Source: the human T2T-CHM13v2.0 reference genome, Homo sapiens. Taken from it: a stretch of DNA of 64,000 nucleotides. Position numbers and translations under genes: made by a program. Shown piece by piece: positions 43,567-58,271 of the stretch. The DNA is taken from NCBI RefSeq assembly GCF_009914755.1, contig NC_060932.1, one strand, 5' to 3'. Position 1 is the first letter of the stretch. Each line of letters opens with the position of its first letter. The notes beneath the pieces are model-generated. The model did not search any database. It saw only the letters and a program-made list of their open reading frames with translations, and was not told the origin of the DNA.

Positions 43567-44279
43567 CTTAACCAAGGAAAAAGAGAATAGAGACCCACTG
43601 ACTCATGGCTTTGGCCACTTCCAAGTTATTAGGAATTTCCTGGACCAGGGATTGCACACAGAGTTTTTCCTTCTGGGATAAGATAAGTCACTGGGGCCTT
43701 TTTCTTAAACAGGAAGGGAGAAAGAGATTCACTGCCACGATGTTTTAGGGACATTATCAATACAAGCTTTGTGTATTTACCATTAACCCCTTCAGATCCA
43801 TTTTCACCCTTCTTCACCCAACTGTGCTGCCCATGAACCTGACATTTTAGAGGCCGTATCTGTGAGCCCTTGCCACTGGGCTGCCAGTTAGCTTTGGCCA
43901 GTTGGAGGCATTTAGTAAGAGATAGGAAGAGCTGGAAAAGAGTAAGGTCACAGTACTTATTCCTGCAGCCCACTTTCTGCCAGCTCACCATGGGTCTATT
44001 GAGTGCCTGTCCAGTGGTCAAGTCACTAACAAGCAGTTCTCTCCATAGGACAACCCTTTCCTCTAAGTCTAAGAGTGGCAGTCAGAGTGGCAGGATGGGC
44101 ACATGGCCGATGCTAGGCCAATCAGATTTTTTTCCTCAGGAATTTGAATCTTAAACTAAGTGAGACAGAACTGAAGAAGTCAGAGCCTGTTGACACCTGT
44201 GTTGGAGCCTTGAATTAAACAATGTTCAGTGTCTCCTAATAGATTCCCAGGGCTACCTTGGTTTCCTTGGTTCTATTGG

Positions 44280-44580
<301 letters not shown>

Positions 44581-45109
44581 TGTTCTATTCTTTTTCAAGT
44601 TGTGGTTCTTCGGTGATTCCTTTAACTGTGATTCATGCACATTCAAGTAAAAAGGAAGCTATAACTGAAGAAACTGAAGCTCAGAGCATTGTAGTAACTT
44701 GTCCAAGGCCACACAGCTAGTAAGTTAAAAAACGTGAGATTCAAATTCAGGTTCATTTCCAAAACACCACACTGCTTAGATGGAGGCAGGTTTTAGTAGT
44801 TTGTAACTTGTATAAAGAGAATTGAGGAAGGCAATCTAATTGTTAAAAGCTGAGTTGGGCAAGTGGATGACATATGCCTAGTACCTGGACAAAGGGAATA
44901 CAGCATAGAGAGAAATTTAGAACCAATAAAATTATATTTTATACATTATGTGGCCTCCAGAAGATCAACCAGTGATCAACCTATAAAACTATGGTCGTTT
45001 GCAGCGGACTTTTTATTTTGATTGTTAATTCTCTTTCTCCTTTTTCATTGCTTGCTCTCTCTTCTGAAAGACTACAGGAAAAAAAGAAAAGCTGGTATTT
45101 ATACCTTAC

Positions 45110-45419
45110 TGACAATGGGATTTTATTGCATATGGTATCTCAATTTTTACAATTATCCTGTGCAGAGACTATTTTCATGCCATTTCTCAGGGACAGGAAA
45201 TTAAGGGCTTCATTTTCCAGGGTCTTACGCCGTAATTGTGAAAAAACAAGCTCAGGACTCAGAATTTTGTCCATCAGCTCTTTCTCTATTGCACCGATAT
45301 TTCTCAAAAAGGATGCTCCTGGCATCAGGGATGTGTTCATGGGACGATTCTTTACATTATAGGTTGTTCATCATCCTTTGCTCCTTCTTCCTTTATTCTA
45401 GTGGTACTATCCTCAAATC
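45110..45419 (-). pseudogene. RGS-repeat exon remnant (possible further piece ~44950-45073)
   Basis: gattatctcaag|GA; ORF 45140-45340 ELMDKILSPELVFSQLRRKTLENEALNFLSL…*DTICNKIPLS; donor TCA|gtaagg. Confidence 0.65.
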
Positions 45420-46567
45420 CTTGAGATAATCACAAAATTATTAACCCTGGTTGAGAACCTCAACACCACACATACCTATTAATATATTTTTTCTATCCCT
45501 TTCTCTCCTTGAATCCCTACATCCATCCTTTTGGCTTTCTAAACATATTGGGAAATATCTTTGTTGCTGTTTTTGAGAGGTAATAGATGGTGACAGCTAG
45601 CAGAGGATTGGGTATGTGGTCCTATATGAGGAAATCCTGGTACCTGAAGATGCAGAGTCTTCTAACCTCTGCTAGCTGCCTTGTGAGACGTCAGTGATAA
45701 GGAGTCATAATTCTAGAGGCCTAATTGGCACCTGGGACTTACCATAGAATGCTCTAATTTGTTTGAAATTTAAATACATATGTTGATAGCATCATATAAT
45801 TTAAGAGTTTAGTTAGTAAACAGATATTTATTGAGCATATAATATATACCTAGCATTGTCCTAGTTACTGTGAATACAGTGGTGTCTTGGTTCATTCAGG
45901 CTGCTACAACAAGAATATCATAGACTGGGTAATTTGTGAAAAACAAAAATTTATTTCTCACAGTTCTGGTGGCTGGAAACTCCAAAATCAAGGCACCAGG
46001 AGATTCAGTGTCCTGTGAGGGGTGTGTCTGCTACATGGATGGTACCTTCTTGCTACATCCACACATGGTAGATTATTATATTATTTACAAAATAATAAAC
46101 ATGGTACTATGATTTAAAAATAACTGGCAGATTTTAACAAATGGTGCTGAGACAACTGGATATCCATATTCAAAAGAGTAAAGCCAGACCTCTACTTCAC
46201 ACCATATACAGAAATTAGCTCAAAATGATAAGACACCTAAATTTTAAAAGCTGAAACAATAAAACTCTTGGAAGAACACATAAAAGAAAATCTTTTGGAC
46301 TTTGGGTTAGGAAATGGTTTCTTATATATGACATCAAAAGCACAAGCAAGCAAAAAATGATTAATTGGGCTTCATCCAAGGTAAAAGCATCTGCACCTCA
46401 AAGTAGACCATGAAGAAAGTGAAAAGAGAAGCCACAGAATGGGAAAGAATACTTGGAAAACATGTACCTGTTAACGGACTTGTATCCAGAATACATAAAG
46501 AGCTGTTACATGTAGGTCATATTTTACTTGCTTCAATTTGTATTTCTTCCCTCTCTAAGAGTTTACA

Positions 46568-46801
46568 GTGCACGATCTTGGCTCACTGTAACATCCACCT
46601 CCTGGGTTCAAGTAATTCTTGTGCCTCAGCCTCCCTAGTAGCTAGGATTACAGGCACGTACCACCAGGCCAGGCTAATTTTTGTAGAGATGAGATTTCAC
46701 TATGTCGTCCAGGCTGATCTCAAACTCCTGAGCTCAAGTGATCCACCTGCCTCAGCTTCCCAAAGTGCTGAGATGACAGGCGTGAGCCACCATGCCCAGG
46801 C
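46568..46801 (-). mobile_element. AluJ element (partial)
   Basis: gtgcacgatcttggctcactg…gtgagccaccatgcccaggc. Confidence 0.9.
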
Positions 46802-46818
46802 TGAGAGCCACTTTTAAA

Positions 46819-47135
46819 GGCCAGGCAGTGGGTCATGCATGTAATCCCAGAACCTTGGGAGGCCAAAGTGAGTGGATTGCTTGAGCCCAGGAATACAAGA
46901 CCAGCCTGGGCAACATGACAAAACATCATCTCTACAAAAAATACAAAAATTAGAGGGCATAGTGGCATGTGCCTGTAGTCCTAGCTACTTGGGAGGCTGA
47001 GGTGGGAGGGTGGCTTGAGCTTCCTTCAGGAGGCAGAGGTTGCAGTGAGCTGAAATCATGCACTGTACACCAGCCTGGGCGACAGAGCCAGACCCTGTCT
47101 CAAAAAAACAGAATAAATAAAATAAAATAATAAAA
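46819..47135 (+). mobile_element. AluJ element
   Basis: ggccaggcagtggg…gcttgagcccaggaa…gaccctgtctcaaaaaaa with (AAAT)n tail. Confidence 0.9.
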
Positions 47136-47293
47136 TAGGCAGATAATTTAAATAAGCATTTCTCCAAAGAAGATATACAAATGACCAGTAAGTGTAACAT
47201 ATGAAAAGATAGTTAACAATATTATCGATTAGGAAAATACAAATCAAAACTATTATGAAATACTTCCTCACACCTAGTAAGATGATGATAATT

Positions 47294-47848
47294 TTGACCC
47301 AGCAATCCCATTACTGGGTATATACCCAAAGGATTATAAATCATGCTGCTATAAAGACACATGCACACATATGTTTATTGCGGCACTATTCACAATAGCA
47401 AAGACTTGGAACCAACCTAAATGTCCAACAATGATAGACTGGATTAAGAAAATGTGGCACATATACACCATGGAATACTATGCAGCCATAAAAAATGATG
47501 AGTTCATGTCCTTTGTAGAGACATGGATGAAGCTGGAAACCATCATTTTCAGCAAACTATCGCAAGGACAAAAAACCAAACACCGCACGTTCTCAATCAT
47601 AGGTGGGAATTGAACAATGAGAACACATAGACACAGGAAGGGGAACACCACACACCGGGGCCTGTTGTAGGGTGGGGGGACGGGGGAGGGATGGCATTAG
47701 GAGATATACCTAATGTTAAATAACGAGTTAATGGGTACAGCACACCAACATGGCACATGTATACATATGCAACCAACCTGCATGTTGTGCACATGTACCC
47801 TAAAACTTAAAGTATAATAAAAAAAAATAAAATAAAATAATAAAAAAT
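47294..47848 (+). mobile_element. 5'-truncated L1PA (about L1PA4-5) 3' end with poly(A)
   Basis: ORF 47371-47613 matches the ORF2p C-terminus; 3'UTR and AAAGTATAATAAAAAA. Confidence 0.9.
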
Positions 47849-47857
47849 GGAAAACAG

Positions 47858-48257
<400 letters not shown>

Positions 48258-49418
48258 TCACAAAGTTAAACATAGAATTACCCTATGACCTAGAAACTCC
48301 ACTCCTAGCCATATACCCCAAAATGAAAACATATTCCCACACCAAAATTATACACAAACTCTCATAGCATCATTATTCACAATAGCCAAAAGTCCAACAA
48401 ATGAACTGATGAGCAAATTACGGTATGCACATACAATGAGGTATTATTCAGCCACAGAAAATAATAGAACTGACACATGCCACAACTTTGATGAATTTTG
48501 AAAACATTATGTTAAGTGAAGGAAGCTAGTCACAAAATACAATATATCATATGATTCCATTTATATGACATACCCAGAATAGGCAACTCCATAGAGACAG
48601 AAGGTAGATTGGTGGTTGCCAGGCACTGGGGAAAGGGGAATAGTAAATGAGCTAATTGATATGGGGCTTCTGAAAATGTTCTAAACTTCAATAAGATTGA
48701 TAGTTGCACAACTCTTTGAATACACTAAAAAGTACTGGAGGATACATTTTAAAGGGTAAATTTTATGGAAGATCAATTGTATCTCAGCAAATGCTGTTAC
48801 AAAATAAATAGTTGGTGGGTGCATAGATTAGCCCAGTCTCTATCATCGCCGCCATGATGCTAAATGATATATGTGATTGGAGAGTTTAGTAATGAAAATC
48901 GTTTGCATTTTAAATGTGCATGTAGGGATGTGAATGTTTTTTAGAAAATCTGAAGCAAAAGCCCTAGAATACAGAATGGAATGGTCGAGGAGAAGCTCTG
49001 GAGCCAGAGAGCTTGGATTCATATCATAACATCACCACTTTCTAACTACACAATCTCAGACAATTTATTTAACCTTGTCAGATTCCAGGTTCCTTATCAG
49101 TAAACAGAGTAAGATCGCGCTTACCTTGTATGTGTGCACATGTGCGTGTGCGTGTACCTGGTACCGGAAGATGCGGTATTAAATGTGTGTATTAAATGAA
49201 ACAATGCTCACATTGTTCTGTTTACGTTAGCAGCTATTATTGTTTTCATGGTCATTGTTACTTTCACAACAGCCTCTGGACTTAGCCTGAGTCATGGAGG
49301 GGTGACCAGAGGCAAAGGCCTCTCTCCCTTCCTGTTTCCATTTGACAGATTGCTGGTCTCTGCTACTTAATTTGCTCTCTGAATTCCAGTTTCTGGAACT
49401 AGCTCCTCATCCCTGCAC

Positions 49419-49749
49419 CTCTCCTCCCAAGTCACCAGGGATCGCTTTGCTTTGGGGATGAACCTGCATAGAAAGAAGGAAGGATGAGACCAACTAAGTC
49501 TCATTTCCACCCCCATGTTCTCTTTCTCTCCTCTGTTCCCAAAGATAGGTCTCATCATAAGTATTGCAAGAATCTGCTTTATCTCCCATGTAACCTTCCA
49601 GGATATGTCAAGATATATCTTTCTGGTAAATATCTGACCTACACCAAACCATGTGATGATTCCGTTGTAACAGTTCTGTCCTACTCTGGGAAGAATGAAG
49701 CCCTGGATGAGGAGGGAAATGCAGCAGTGTGAGGATCATCCTTGAGATC
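49419..49749 (-). pseudogene. RGS-repeat exon remnant
   Basis: catctttccag|GAT; DLKDDPHTAAF…SFFPE*DR…YILTYPGRL…RFLQYL. Confidence 0.55.
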
Positions 49750-50099
49750 CTGGAAAGATGAATGAGTACTAACTGTGTCTCAGAAATGGTCACACCACCC
49801 ACCACCAGTGCTTTGTGCCCAGACCCTTGAGTCACCGGCCACCCTTGCTGCTCATCACCCCTTCCCTGTGGGAGCTGGTTACCAAGCTGCAAAAGCACCC
49901 CTCCAATGAAGGGGTTCCCTCTGGTTGGGGGGCTGGAGAGAAGGGTAAGTGGGTAGTCCCCCTCCTGTCTCTAGTCTCTGAGATCATTTCCTATAATATG
50001 AATGTGAAACTTTTGTTCATTGAGCACTTAAGAATGAGCAAATCACAGACAAACAGACAAATGTCTATATAAGGGAAGCCTGTATCTGAGACATGGGTA

Positions 50100-50370
50100 A
50101 AAAGGCTGCTCATGAAAATCTGGGGTGATTTCTCCAAAGAGACAGCAGCAAATCTGCTAGGACAGCCCCCTTCCCACTGCTGAGAATTAGCATTCCCATT
50201 TGGCCTCCCATATGTCAGACATTTTCGATGAATAAACTAATTTAACCTAGGCAGCCTGAACCCCACACTGTGTCAAAATTATTTCCACCTCACATACATT
50301 TTAATTAACATGGAGCTGCCCGGAAAGTATTTAAGGAAGGATGTAGGGACTTGGCAGAAATATTACTTGG
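50100..50370 (-). pseudogene. Possible RGS-repeat exon remnant (3' boundary approximate)
   Basis: ttccttcttcccag|C CAA; LP*ILSGQLH…S*QICCCLFGEITP. Confidence 0.4.
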
Positions 50371-50475
50371 CTGGGAAGAAGGAATGGGATTTACAAACTG
50401 TTTTTGAGGGTACAGCCTCTTAGTAGATCATGACTGTAAGCACACAGCCTGGCAGGTTTCATAGGCAAGGCTTAC

Positions 50476-50697
50476 TGTTAGATGGGCAAACATTTCTTGA
50501 ACACCTTCACTATGCCACATTCTAGAAACGCCTCACTGAACAGGCCCCATTTGCCTTGTTCTTGGCCCTCAATGCATCAGTCTTCAAGGCAAGGAGTCCT
50601 AAATTCATTGCTTTGTTTGCCATGCTGAGACCTCACAGAGCCCAGAATGACCCTTGCCCTATCTGTTATCACATCTCTCGTTATCCATCATACACAT
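50476..50697 (-). pseudogene. RGS-repeat exon remnant, C-terminal half
   Basis: ccttttctgctag|A…AACA|gtaagc; DRARVIL…ANKAMNL…GLFSEAFLEC. Confidence 0.65.
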
Positions 50698-50949
50698 CTA
50701 GCAGAAAAGGAGGGGATTAGGGAACGCATGATGGTGATATGACAAAGCCACAAGAGCCTGTAAGACCCTGAAGATAATTCAGAGACTGTAATGTGATAAA
50801 GAAAAAAAATCAAACACAATTTTAGAGAGAGAGCGAGGGGGAGAGAGAGAGCGTATTAAAGAATGGCTTTAGAGAGGGTTTTTTTCATTGGGAAAACTTA
50901 TAAAGAAGGATTTGGCAAGCAGGCATTGATGCTTCTTTTTCCTACATCT

Positions 50950-51206
50950 GTTTTCTTCCCTCGGCTTCCTGACGTTAGCCCTGCGATTGCTCCACATAAT
51001 GCCTAGACCCGAGTTAGAGAGCCCAGTATGTAAAGAAAACACACCAAGCAGGATATTAGCCAAAGATGCTGGCAGGATCAGAGAGCCCAGCCTTTAGAGA
51101 GTATAGGCCCACATTCTGTAGCCAAAGAAGTTAACTTCATCACCCAGCATGTGCAAAGTCCATAGACGTATATTTTCAGAACAGGACCTCCTTGTTGAAA
51201 CAGTTC
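50950..51206 (-). pseudogene. RGS-repeat exon remnant (3' boundary approximate)
   Basis: RSCSENIRLWTLHML…ASLANILLGVFSL-YW. Confidence 0.55.
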
Positions 51207-53086
51207 CTCAATTTAAAACCAATTAGCTATTGTTTCTAAGAGCTCCCCCCTGTGAAATGGTAATCATGTATTGAGCACCTGGAATTTTGCAGGATTCTCT
51301 ACATACCTTATTTAATGTAACTGTCACAGCACACCTGAAAGGGTGGTGTTAGAAAACTTCTTTACTGATGAAGCAATTAAGGTTCCAAGAAACTATGGAA
51401 ACTGCCCCAAGCCAGACAGCTGAGAAGTAAAGCCATAATTCAACTCAAGTGTGTAATGTAAAAACCCTGGCTTTTTCTTAGAAAATCCACTCTTTCTCTC
51501 ATGATTATTAAAACACAATTCATAATTCTACACAATAAAAGCTGAAAAAAAGCTTCTATGCTTACCCTGCACCATAAAAGGGGGATATACTCAACAGTAT
51601 TAGCTGTATGTCTTTTAGATAGATCGATTGATCTATAGGTAGATGTTTAGATAGACAGAATGAGAGATGATAGAATTTTTGCATTTTTAAGTTATTTTAA
51701 GAATTTTTCATACAAATACATAATACATTATTCATAGAAAGAATAGAAAATGTATATTTTTTAGAGAAGAGGAAATACCATAAAAAAAGAGCAAAGGAAA
51801 CAACCCTATCAGCGTTGGCGAGCGCATCTTTCCCTCCCATCTCACTCATCGGTGTTTCTGTAAGTGGAATTTCTGGATGAGAGGACGTGGATGTTCTGAG
51901 CCTTTCTGATACCTATCACCAAACCGCCTTCAGAAAACATCACAGAAATATGAACTCTAATGTTGATTTTTAGCTCGGTTTTCACTTAATTTGCATTTTG
52001 ATCACTAGACAGTATGAATGCTTTATCTGATTCTTGTGGTTTTTTGTATTATTTATGTATTTATTTAACTTTCTTTGGATATGTTTTTCTACTGATTTGT
52101 AAGTATACTTCATATACGCAGGATATGATTTTTCTGACCCAGCTGCTGCTATTTACCATTTGCCACAAAGTAATATGAGGAGCAAAAATGCCATTTTTAA
52201 TATTTACATATTAATGCCATTTTTAATACTTAGTATCTTAAGTACGTTTACCTTTAATATTATTTAAGCCTTTATCATTTCATTATTTTTTGCTTAAACA
52301 TTTGATATACCTGAAATGTATTTTGGTATATGATAGCTGTGCTCCAATATTTGCCCCAGTTGCTGGTTTTGAAATATGTTGTCACTGTGAATAGGAGATG
52401 TAGAAGAGAAAATGGGATATGTAAACCTTCTCAGGAAATTTACTAATGTTCAGGGAGATAATAAAACTATAAAATAGTGTATTTTCATAATTATAGTAAT
52501 TGTGAAATATTCACAAAGGTCAAATGAATACAGCAACTTTGGGGGAGAGTGAGATTTTTCAGAGAATGAGTAGAATCTGGCAAAGGGCAGTGAAGAAAGG
52601 GCATGTCAGACAGAATCCCACAGGCAGTGGCAGGACAGAGAAGCCCACGGAGACCACATTGAGTTGTGGTGTTGAGTTGAACAGGAGTAGAAAATGAGGC
52701 TAACCAAAGGTTATGTAATCCAGGTGGTGAGCAACTAATCTAGTTTCTTTTTACAGCTGTAATCAGTTTGCAACAAAATTTGACTGTGTTTTAAAAGATA
52801 ATATTAGATTAGTCCAAACATTGTTCTAAACCAGGGAAAACTAAAAGGAGAGTCAAGTCTAAACTAGGTGCCAAAAATGTGTATAATTCATTCCTATTTT
52901 CATTTGTTCATTCATTCATCAATTCCATCAGTGTTTAAGCCACTAAACATTTTTATTCTTTCATTGAACAACTATTTTCTGAGTCTGTGTGATGTGCCAG
53001 GCATTTTGCAAAGGGATATAAAGACAAACTTGATCTCTGTCCTGGGGGACACTCATAGAATAAAGAGGGAGACAAAAGCATAACAC

Positions 53087-53469
53087 CGGTCAACTGGCTG
53101 AGTGCTCTGCTCTCCTGGAGTGTAAATCGGGTTGTGAGAGCACAAGAAGAAAACGGGAGATTTGGGCTTCTCCAGAAAGTCAGTGGCATTGAACTGATCT
53201 CTGGAGCTCGAGTAGTAGTTTATCAGTTTGAGAAGATGGATGAACAAGGTGTGGAATATAAGGACAAGATGGTCTCATGAAGCCATAGGGGGATTGGTAT
53301 GTACTGGGGTGATCACCAGGGAAGCCCCCGTTCTATATCCCTTTCCCCTCAAAGTTGTCCCTTTACTATAGCCATTCAGTCCACTTTTATCCCTTGTTCT
53401 TTATCAACAAATGCTTGGAGCCACTGATCAGACAGATGGAAATCCATCAGCTGGATATCCCCCAGGCAT
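53087..53469 (-). pseudogene. RGS-repeat exon remnant (full repeat)
   Basis: AWGIS/HLSDQWLQAFVDKEQGIKVD*MAIV…YGFMRPSCPY…GEAQISRFLLVL (cf. WG.S..ELLSD..G...F; DFWMA; F.EAQ). Confidence 0.7.
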
Positions 53470-54269
53470 CTATGCTATAAGGAACCTAATCATGATAGAT
53501 GACATGTATTGAACACTTATTATATGCCAGACACTGTTACAACCATTTCTACTCATTATATCTACATAACACCTCCTTACTTTGCAGCTGAGGAAACTGA
53601 GGCCCAGAGCTGTTAAAGGAATTGCCCAAAACACCTGGGTACCAAACAATGAGACTACTATATAGTAATTCAAACTCATGCATCCAGGCCCCAGAGCCTC
53701 TGCTATTGAATCTTCAATCCCATCTTGCCTTCAGGTTGCTGGAATTAGGAAGAGAAATTGCAACTCTTGACTCCAGTACCTTAACATGGACAGTCATTCT
53801 CCTACAGCACCCACATTAACTTGGTAGAGAATACAGAAACATGAAAACAATCACAGAACAATTAACAGCCCAATTTTCTAGTTTTTAAAGTAAACACCAT
53901 GCAGAGGTTCAGACAAAGAAGTTACCATTTTAATATTTTTCTTTCCGGTCAAATAGGCTGTGAGTTTATAGTTAGTTAAATAATATATCATCCTGTTGAT
54001 TGGGTTGATTTTTCCACTGCACTTACTTCAAAATGAGTAAGCAGGATTTTATCTAAGATGCAGAATAAAATTATTTCACTTTTAGTAAAGCTTCCATAAT
54101 TATTACTTAAGTAAAATTGCATAGTTTAGATGAGACCTCAGAGGTTGTTTAAGGCATCTCCTCATTATGGAGCTGGGGAAGTAGAGGGTGCCCAGCAGGT
54201 GTATCAGTGAGACAGATCCAACCTTCCCAGCGTCCTCCTCCACAGTCATTCCCACAGCACTCATAATTC

Positions 54270-54885
54270 AGTTAAGTGCAGTGTCTGTCTGTTGGATCAT
54301 TGCTACAAAGATCCTTGCCTAGAACATGATCAGTTTGACCCCACCTAGATAAAAGTATTATAAGGGTAAGCAACGAGAAATAGAATCAGAATGGTCTGTG
54401 GTACTCCTGATTATGAGGATGGCCTAACACTGACTCTCCCATGTGGGGGTCAGTTATTTAACCTCTGCATGATTTCGCGTCACCATATAGAGCTGAATTC
54501 CTAAATCAGTGGCTGGTGGACTCTAACCAGCCCTATAATGTGTTTTGCTTAGCTGTCAACATTTTGAATGAATGAATGAATGATGAATGAACAAAATAAA
54601 TTCAGAGATTTCTGTACAACTTTATCTTTTTCAAATTCATGCTAAAAACTAGAAGACCTAGCAATAGTCCACATTCCTGCATGGCAAGTATTTACTGCAG
54701 CTGACTTGAAGTTACACAATTAGTTGGGACATGTTCTTTCCCCAGGAGTGTGGCCTGTTTCATTCAAGTTATCTGTCTGGCCTCAGCTGGGAGCTGGGAT
54801 TTGTTTTTTGAACACTAGTTAAGAGCATTGGGAAGAAGGATACCTAATTTTCACACACTCTACAACAGTTTTTAATGGCCATATA
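54270..54885 (-). pseudogene. RGS-repeat exon remnant split by a MER102-like element
   Basis: ataatttag|T ATA TGG = IWPLKTVVECVKIRY [DNA transposon] IQLYMV…AEVK*L…AILII/QEYHRP. Confidence 0.5.
54505..54812. mobile_element. MER102-like hAT DNA transposon (approximate)
   Basis: ccacattcctgcatggcaag…gcagctgac…cattcaagttatctgtctggcctc…gatttg. Confidence 0.5.
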
Positions 54886-55019
54886 CTAAATTATAATTTA
54901 ATTGAAGCTAATGATGGAACTATGCTTAATTCGTGCAGCAACTGTTGAACATCCAGCATGTATGTTTGTTTCTATTCATGATTCTGTTTTGTCTTTTATT
55001 TTCAAACATAAGTCAATAC

Positions 55020-55399
55020 CCTTCAAAAAGGTTTCTGTATCAATCAGTGAGATTAATGCAAGCAATTGTATATGAACTATCTAGTTCCCTGAGGTGAAAT
55101 TCAAATACTCCTGCAAAGGCCAAAGAATGCTCATGTTTCCTAATGTTAATAATCAGAAAAGCAACCAATAACTAACTGATTAACAATGCAACTGGAAGAG
55201 CTTCCAGATTTAAGGCAGATCCAACATAATTAAATGTTTTCCTGAGCTGGAGAAAAACAAACATATGACTTGTTAAATTAAGTTTATAGTTAGGATATTC
55301 GTATCATTTGTGTATTTTTGAAGCCAAGCTCCTTTTAATTAAACATAATAAACAGTTCAAGAAAAATTTACATGAAAATTTTATCACATGTTTTGCCAC
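55020..55399 (-). pseudogene. RGS-repeat exon remnant(s): ~55330-55399 and 55020-55246
   Basis: KTCDKIFM*IFLELFIMFN*KE; tttttctccag|CT CAG GAA AAC ATT = QENI*LCWICL…CIVNQL-fs-INIRKH…FAGVFEFHLRELDSSY…*YRNL; donor AAGG|gtattg. Confidence 0.75.
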
Positions 55400-56001
55400 C
55401 TGGCAAAATCTTATCATTTGTCAAAGTCCACATCAAGCAGCTTCTGTGAAGTCTTTAAACAAAACTCCAGCTCTCCCTGGAGCTCCCTGTGATGATCTCA
55501 ATCTTTGTCTGTTTTATTTATTTCACTAAATTATGATTCCTAGTTACATGCCAGTCTTTTGGTCGAAATTATGAGCTATTTGCTAACAGAGACTCAGTCT
55601 TTTTTTTTCTTTTTTTGGTTTTACACACTCAGCATAATGTCTAATGAAAACAAATTAATACTGTTGAAAGAGTAGGTAGATGAATAAAGAAGTGAATAGA
55701 TGTTCAATAATTAAGCATTAGACAGGCTTTGGGAGGCAACTCTGCTATGAAAGTAGCAATCGGTGTAGTCAGAATACTTAGAAATGAATTCTGAGTCCGC
55801 TACCTATAGCTTTAAGTTATTGAGCCAGGAATTTTACAGATGGACACCCATATTTCCCAATCTAGTTGTATAATAAGACTTCTGTGAACAACTAATGACA
55901 TATTGCTTGTAAGAGCAACTTGAAATTTTACAGTGCTTATCTAACATATGGATTTGTTGACATCAATACTACCATCATTTTCAGAAGCTGGTAACAATCA
56001 C

Positions 56002-56359
56002 TTGCATTTTTTGACAGTTTTTTGGCTAAAACTTGCAAATATGGTCAATAACTTTCTTGTTTTTATATTTGTCAGTTGGGGCCATCTCAGCAGAGACATT
56101 CCTTAGTATCAATCTTATTTCTATAGGTATTATTTTGAAAAAACAAGATGGTGGTTCATGTTTCAGCTCCATATACTTGAAATTCGATTTTTGGTGGGAG
56201 TTGGGGATGGATACAAAAAATTTCCAAGGCCATAAGAAGAAATTTATGCGAGGGCTTCCAAATAAAGAATACAAAATAAATATAAGCAAATTTTCACCAT
56301 TTATAACGGGAAAGGTAGAGGATAGATGTTGGGGCAAGAATGATTTGCTAAAATAATCC
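56002..56359 (-). pseudogene. RGS-repeat exon remnant
   Basis: QIILAPTSILYLSRY-fs-NGENLLIFIL…LKHEPPSCFFKIIPIEIRLILRN (ORF 56026-56337). Confidence 0.7.
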
Positions 56360-56499
56360 CTGTCTACCCAGATAAAGCAAGTGAATTTGGAGCCTCAATA
56401 TTCTTATGTGTAAATTGGGAATGATGATAAATAGGTTTCAGGTATTGGGGATTAAATGAAACAACCTATCAAGAGCATCTGGCACATTCCTTTTGGAGG

Positions 56500-56869
56500 G
56501 AAATGTTCAGTCTTCCTGTGTATACTGAAAACAGAGTGCTAGTTTGGCAGTCCCTGTTTAGCCTAAGGGAAGATTTAATGTTGCTTTTCATATGGAACCC
56601 AGTCCCAGCAGTCTTCAAGGGAAGTTATTGCATCTGGCCCCAGAAGCAGGGCTGACATTTTCGACAGGGCCTTAAGTTAGGCCTTCCCTGGGGTGTTGTA
56701 ACTGAGACAAGTTGGGGCAGGTGGCAGTAATTGGCATCTCATCCACTCAGGGATTGGATATAACACGGATTACCATGGAATTCCTTTTTTTTTTTTTTTT
56801 AAGAGAGACTTCTATGAATCTTACCAGTTCAAAACCCTTTGATAATTATTTCTATCATCAATTACACAA
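56500..56869 (-). pseudogene. RGS-repeat exon remnant (3' boundary approximate)
   Basis: tttcaactttcag|T TGT; QRVLNW*DS*KSLL (cf. EV..WAESLENLL), then an A-run expansion, ENV-fs-CFWGQMQ*LP. Confidence 0.65.
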
Positions 56870-57824
56870 CTGAAAGTTGAAAGGAAAGTCTGTATTTTCT
56901 TAGGAATGAGCAGATTTTATCCCATTGTTCCCAAAGAGAGTAGGGTGGTATTTGTAGCTACCGCTTAGCTATCATCATTTTATTGGTCAGACTTACAAAT
57001 TAGGGCTTGGATTCCTATTGTATCACTCTACTGCATTTCCTGACACACTTCTCAGAGTAATCTCTGCAACTCTGGGTTCCCTGAATACACCATGCCCCTT
57101 CACATTTCATGTCTTGTGTCTTGCAGTTACTTTAAGAAAAAAAAAAGTAAATAAATAAGAACTCGATTCCCTTTTCTTGCTTCTATAATGTCACAAATCT
57201 TTAGGAGACAACAAAGCTTAAAGGGATGACTGTGGAGTTTAATAAAAGTCAGGATGTGGCTGGAATCCTGGGACCACCACTTACTAAGCGTGGAACCTAA
57301 AACACATTCTTTGTCCTTTTTATTCTTAGTTTGGTTATGCACAATGTGGAAGTGATATCTATTGTGCAGAGTTAAAATGAGGGTTTAAGATAATGTATAT
57401 AAATGGCAATGTAGAGTGTGGCAGAAGTAACCATGATGTAATTAGTCCTTTGCAGACTAGCTCTGCTCTCTGCATTGAGACTAATGCCAGCACATTGTTG
57501 CATTAAAAAGAATGAGAGAGAGAAAGAGAGAGAGAGAAAGGAAGGATAGATTCCAAAAGCAATGATTGAAAATGTGGAATCTGCTGACGGTTTCATAGGC
57601 AGACAGAGATATGATTACCTTGTTAAGCATCATTTACCTTCAACAAAGGCTACTTTGCACTTCTGTCTATCTAAAAGCCCAATTATATTTTGAGTAGGAA
57701 AAAAAGAGGACATAACATTTATAAAGAAAAAAGATCAAAAGAATAACAGTTATTTTTAAAGGTCTGTCTCCAAAGGCTTAGGTTGAGAATTTGTGTTGAG
57801 TAATGTAAACAGCTGTGTACATAC

Positions 57825-58271
<447 letters not shown>

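Noticed and set aside
44991-45362. Plus-strand 123-aa ORF
   Set aside because: Antisense to the 45110-45419 RGS remnant; no motif or splice support of its own.
56033-56356. Plus-strand 107-aa ORF with a signal-peptide-like start (MQIWSITFLFLYLSVGAISA)
   Set aside because: Non-ATG start, no recognisable family, and it is the antisense shadow of a minus-strand RGS exon remnant.
57619-57670. Possible micro-exon (ttttag|ATAGAC…AAG|gtaaat or gtaatc)
   Set aside because: Splice-like sites only, no diagnostic motif; too short to support.
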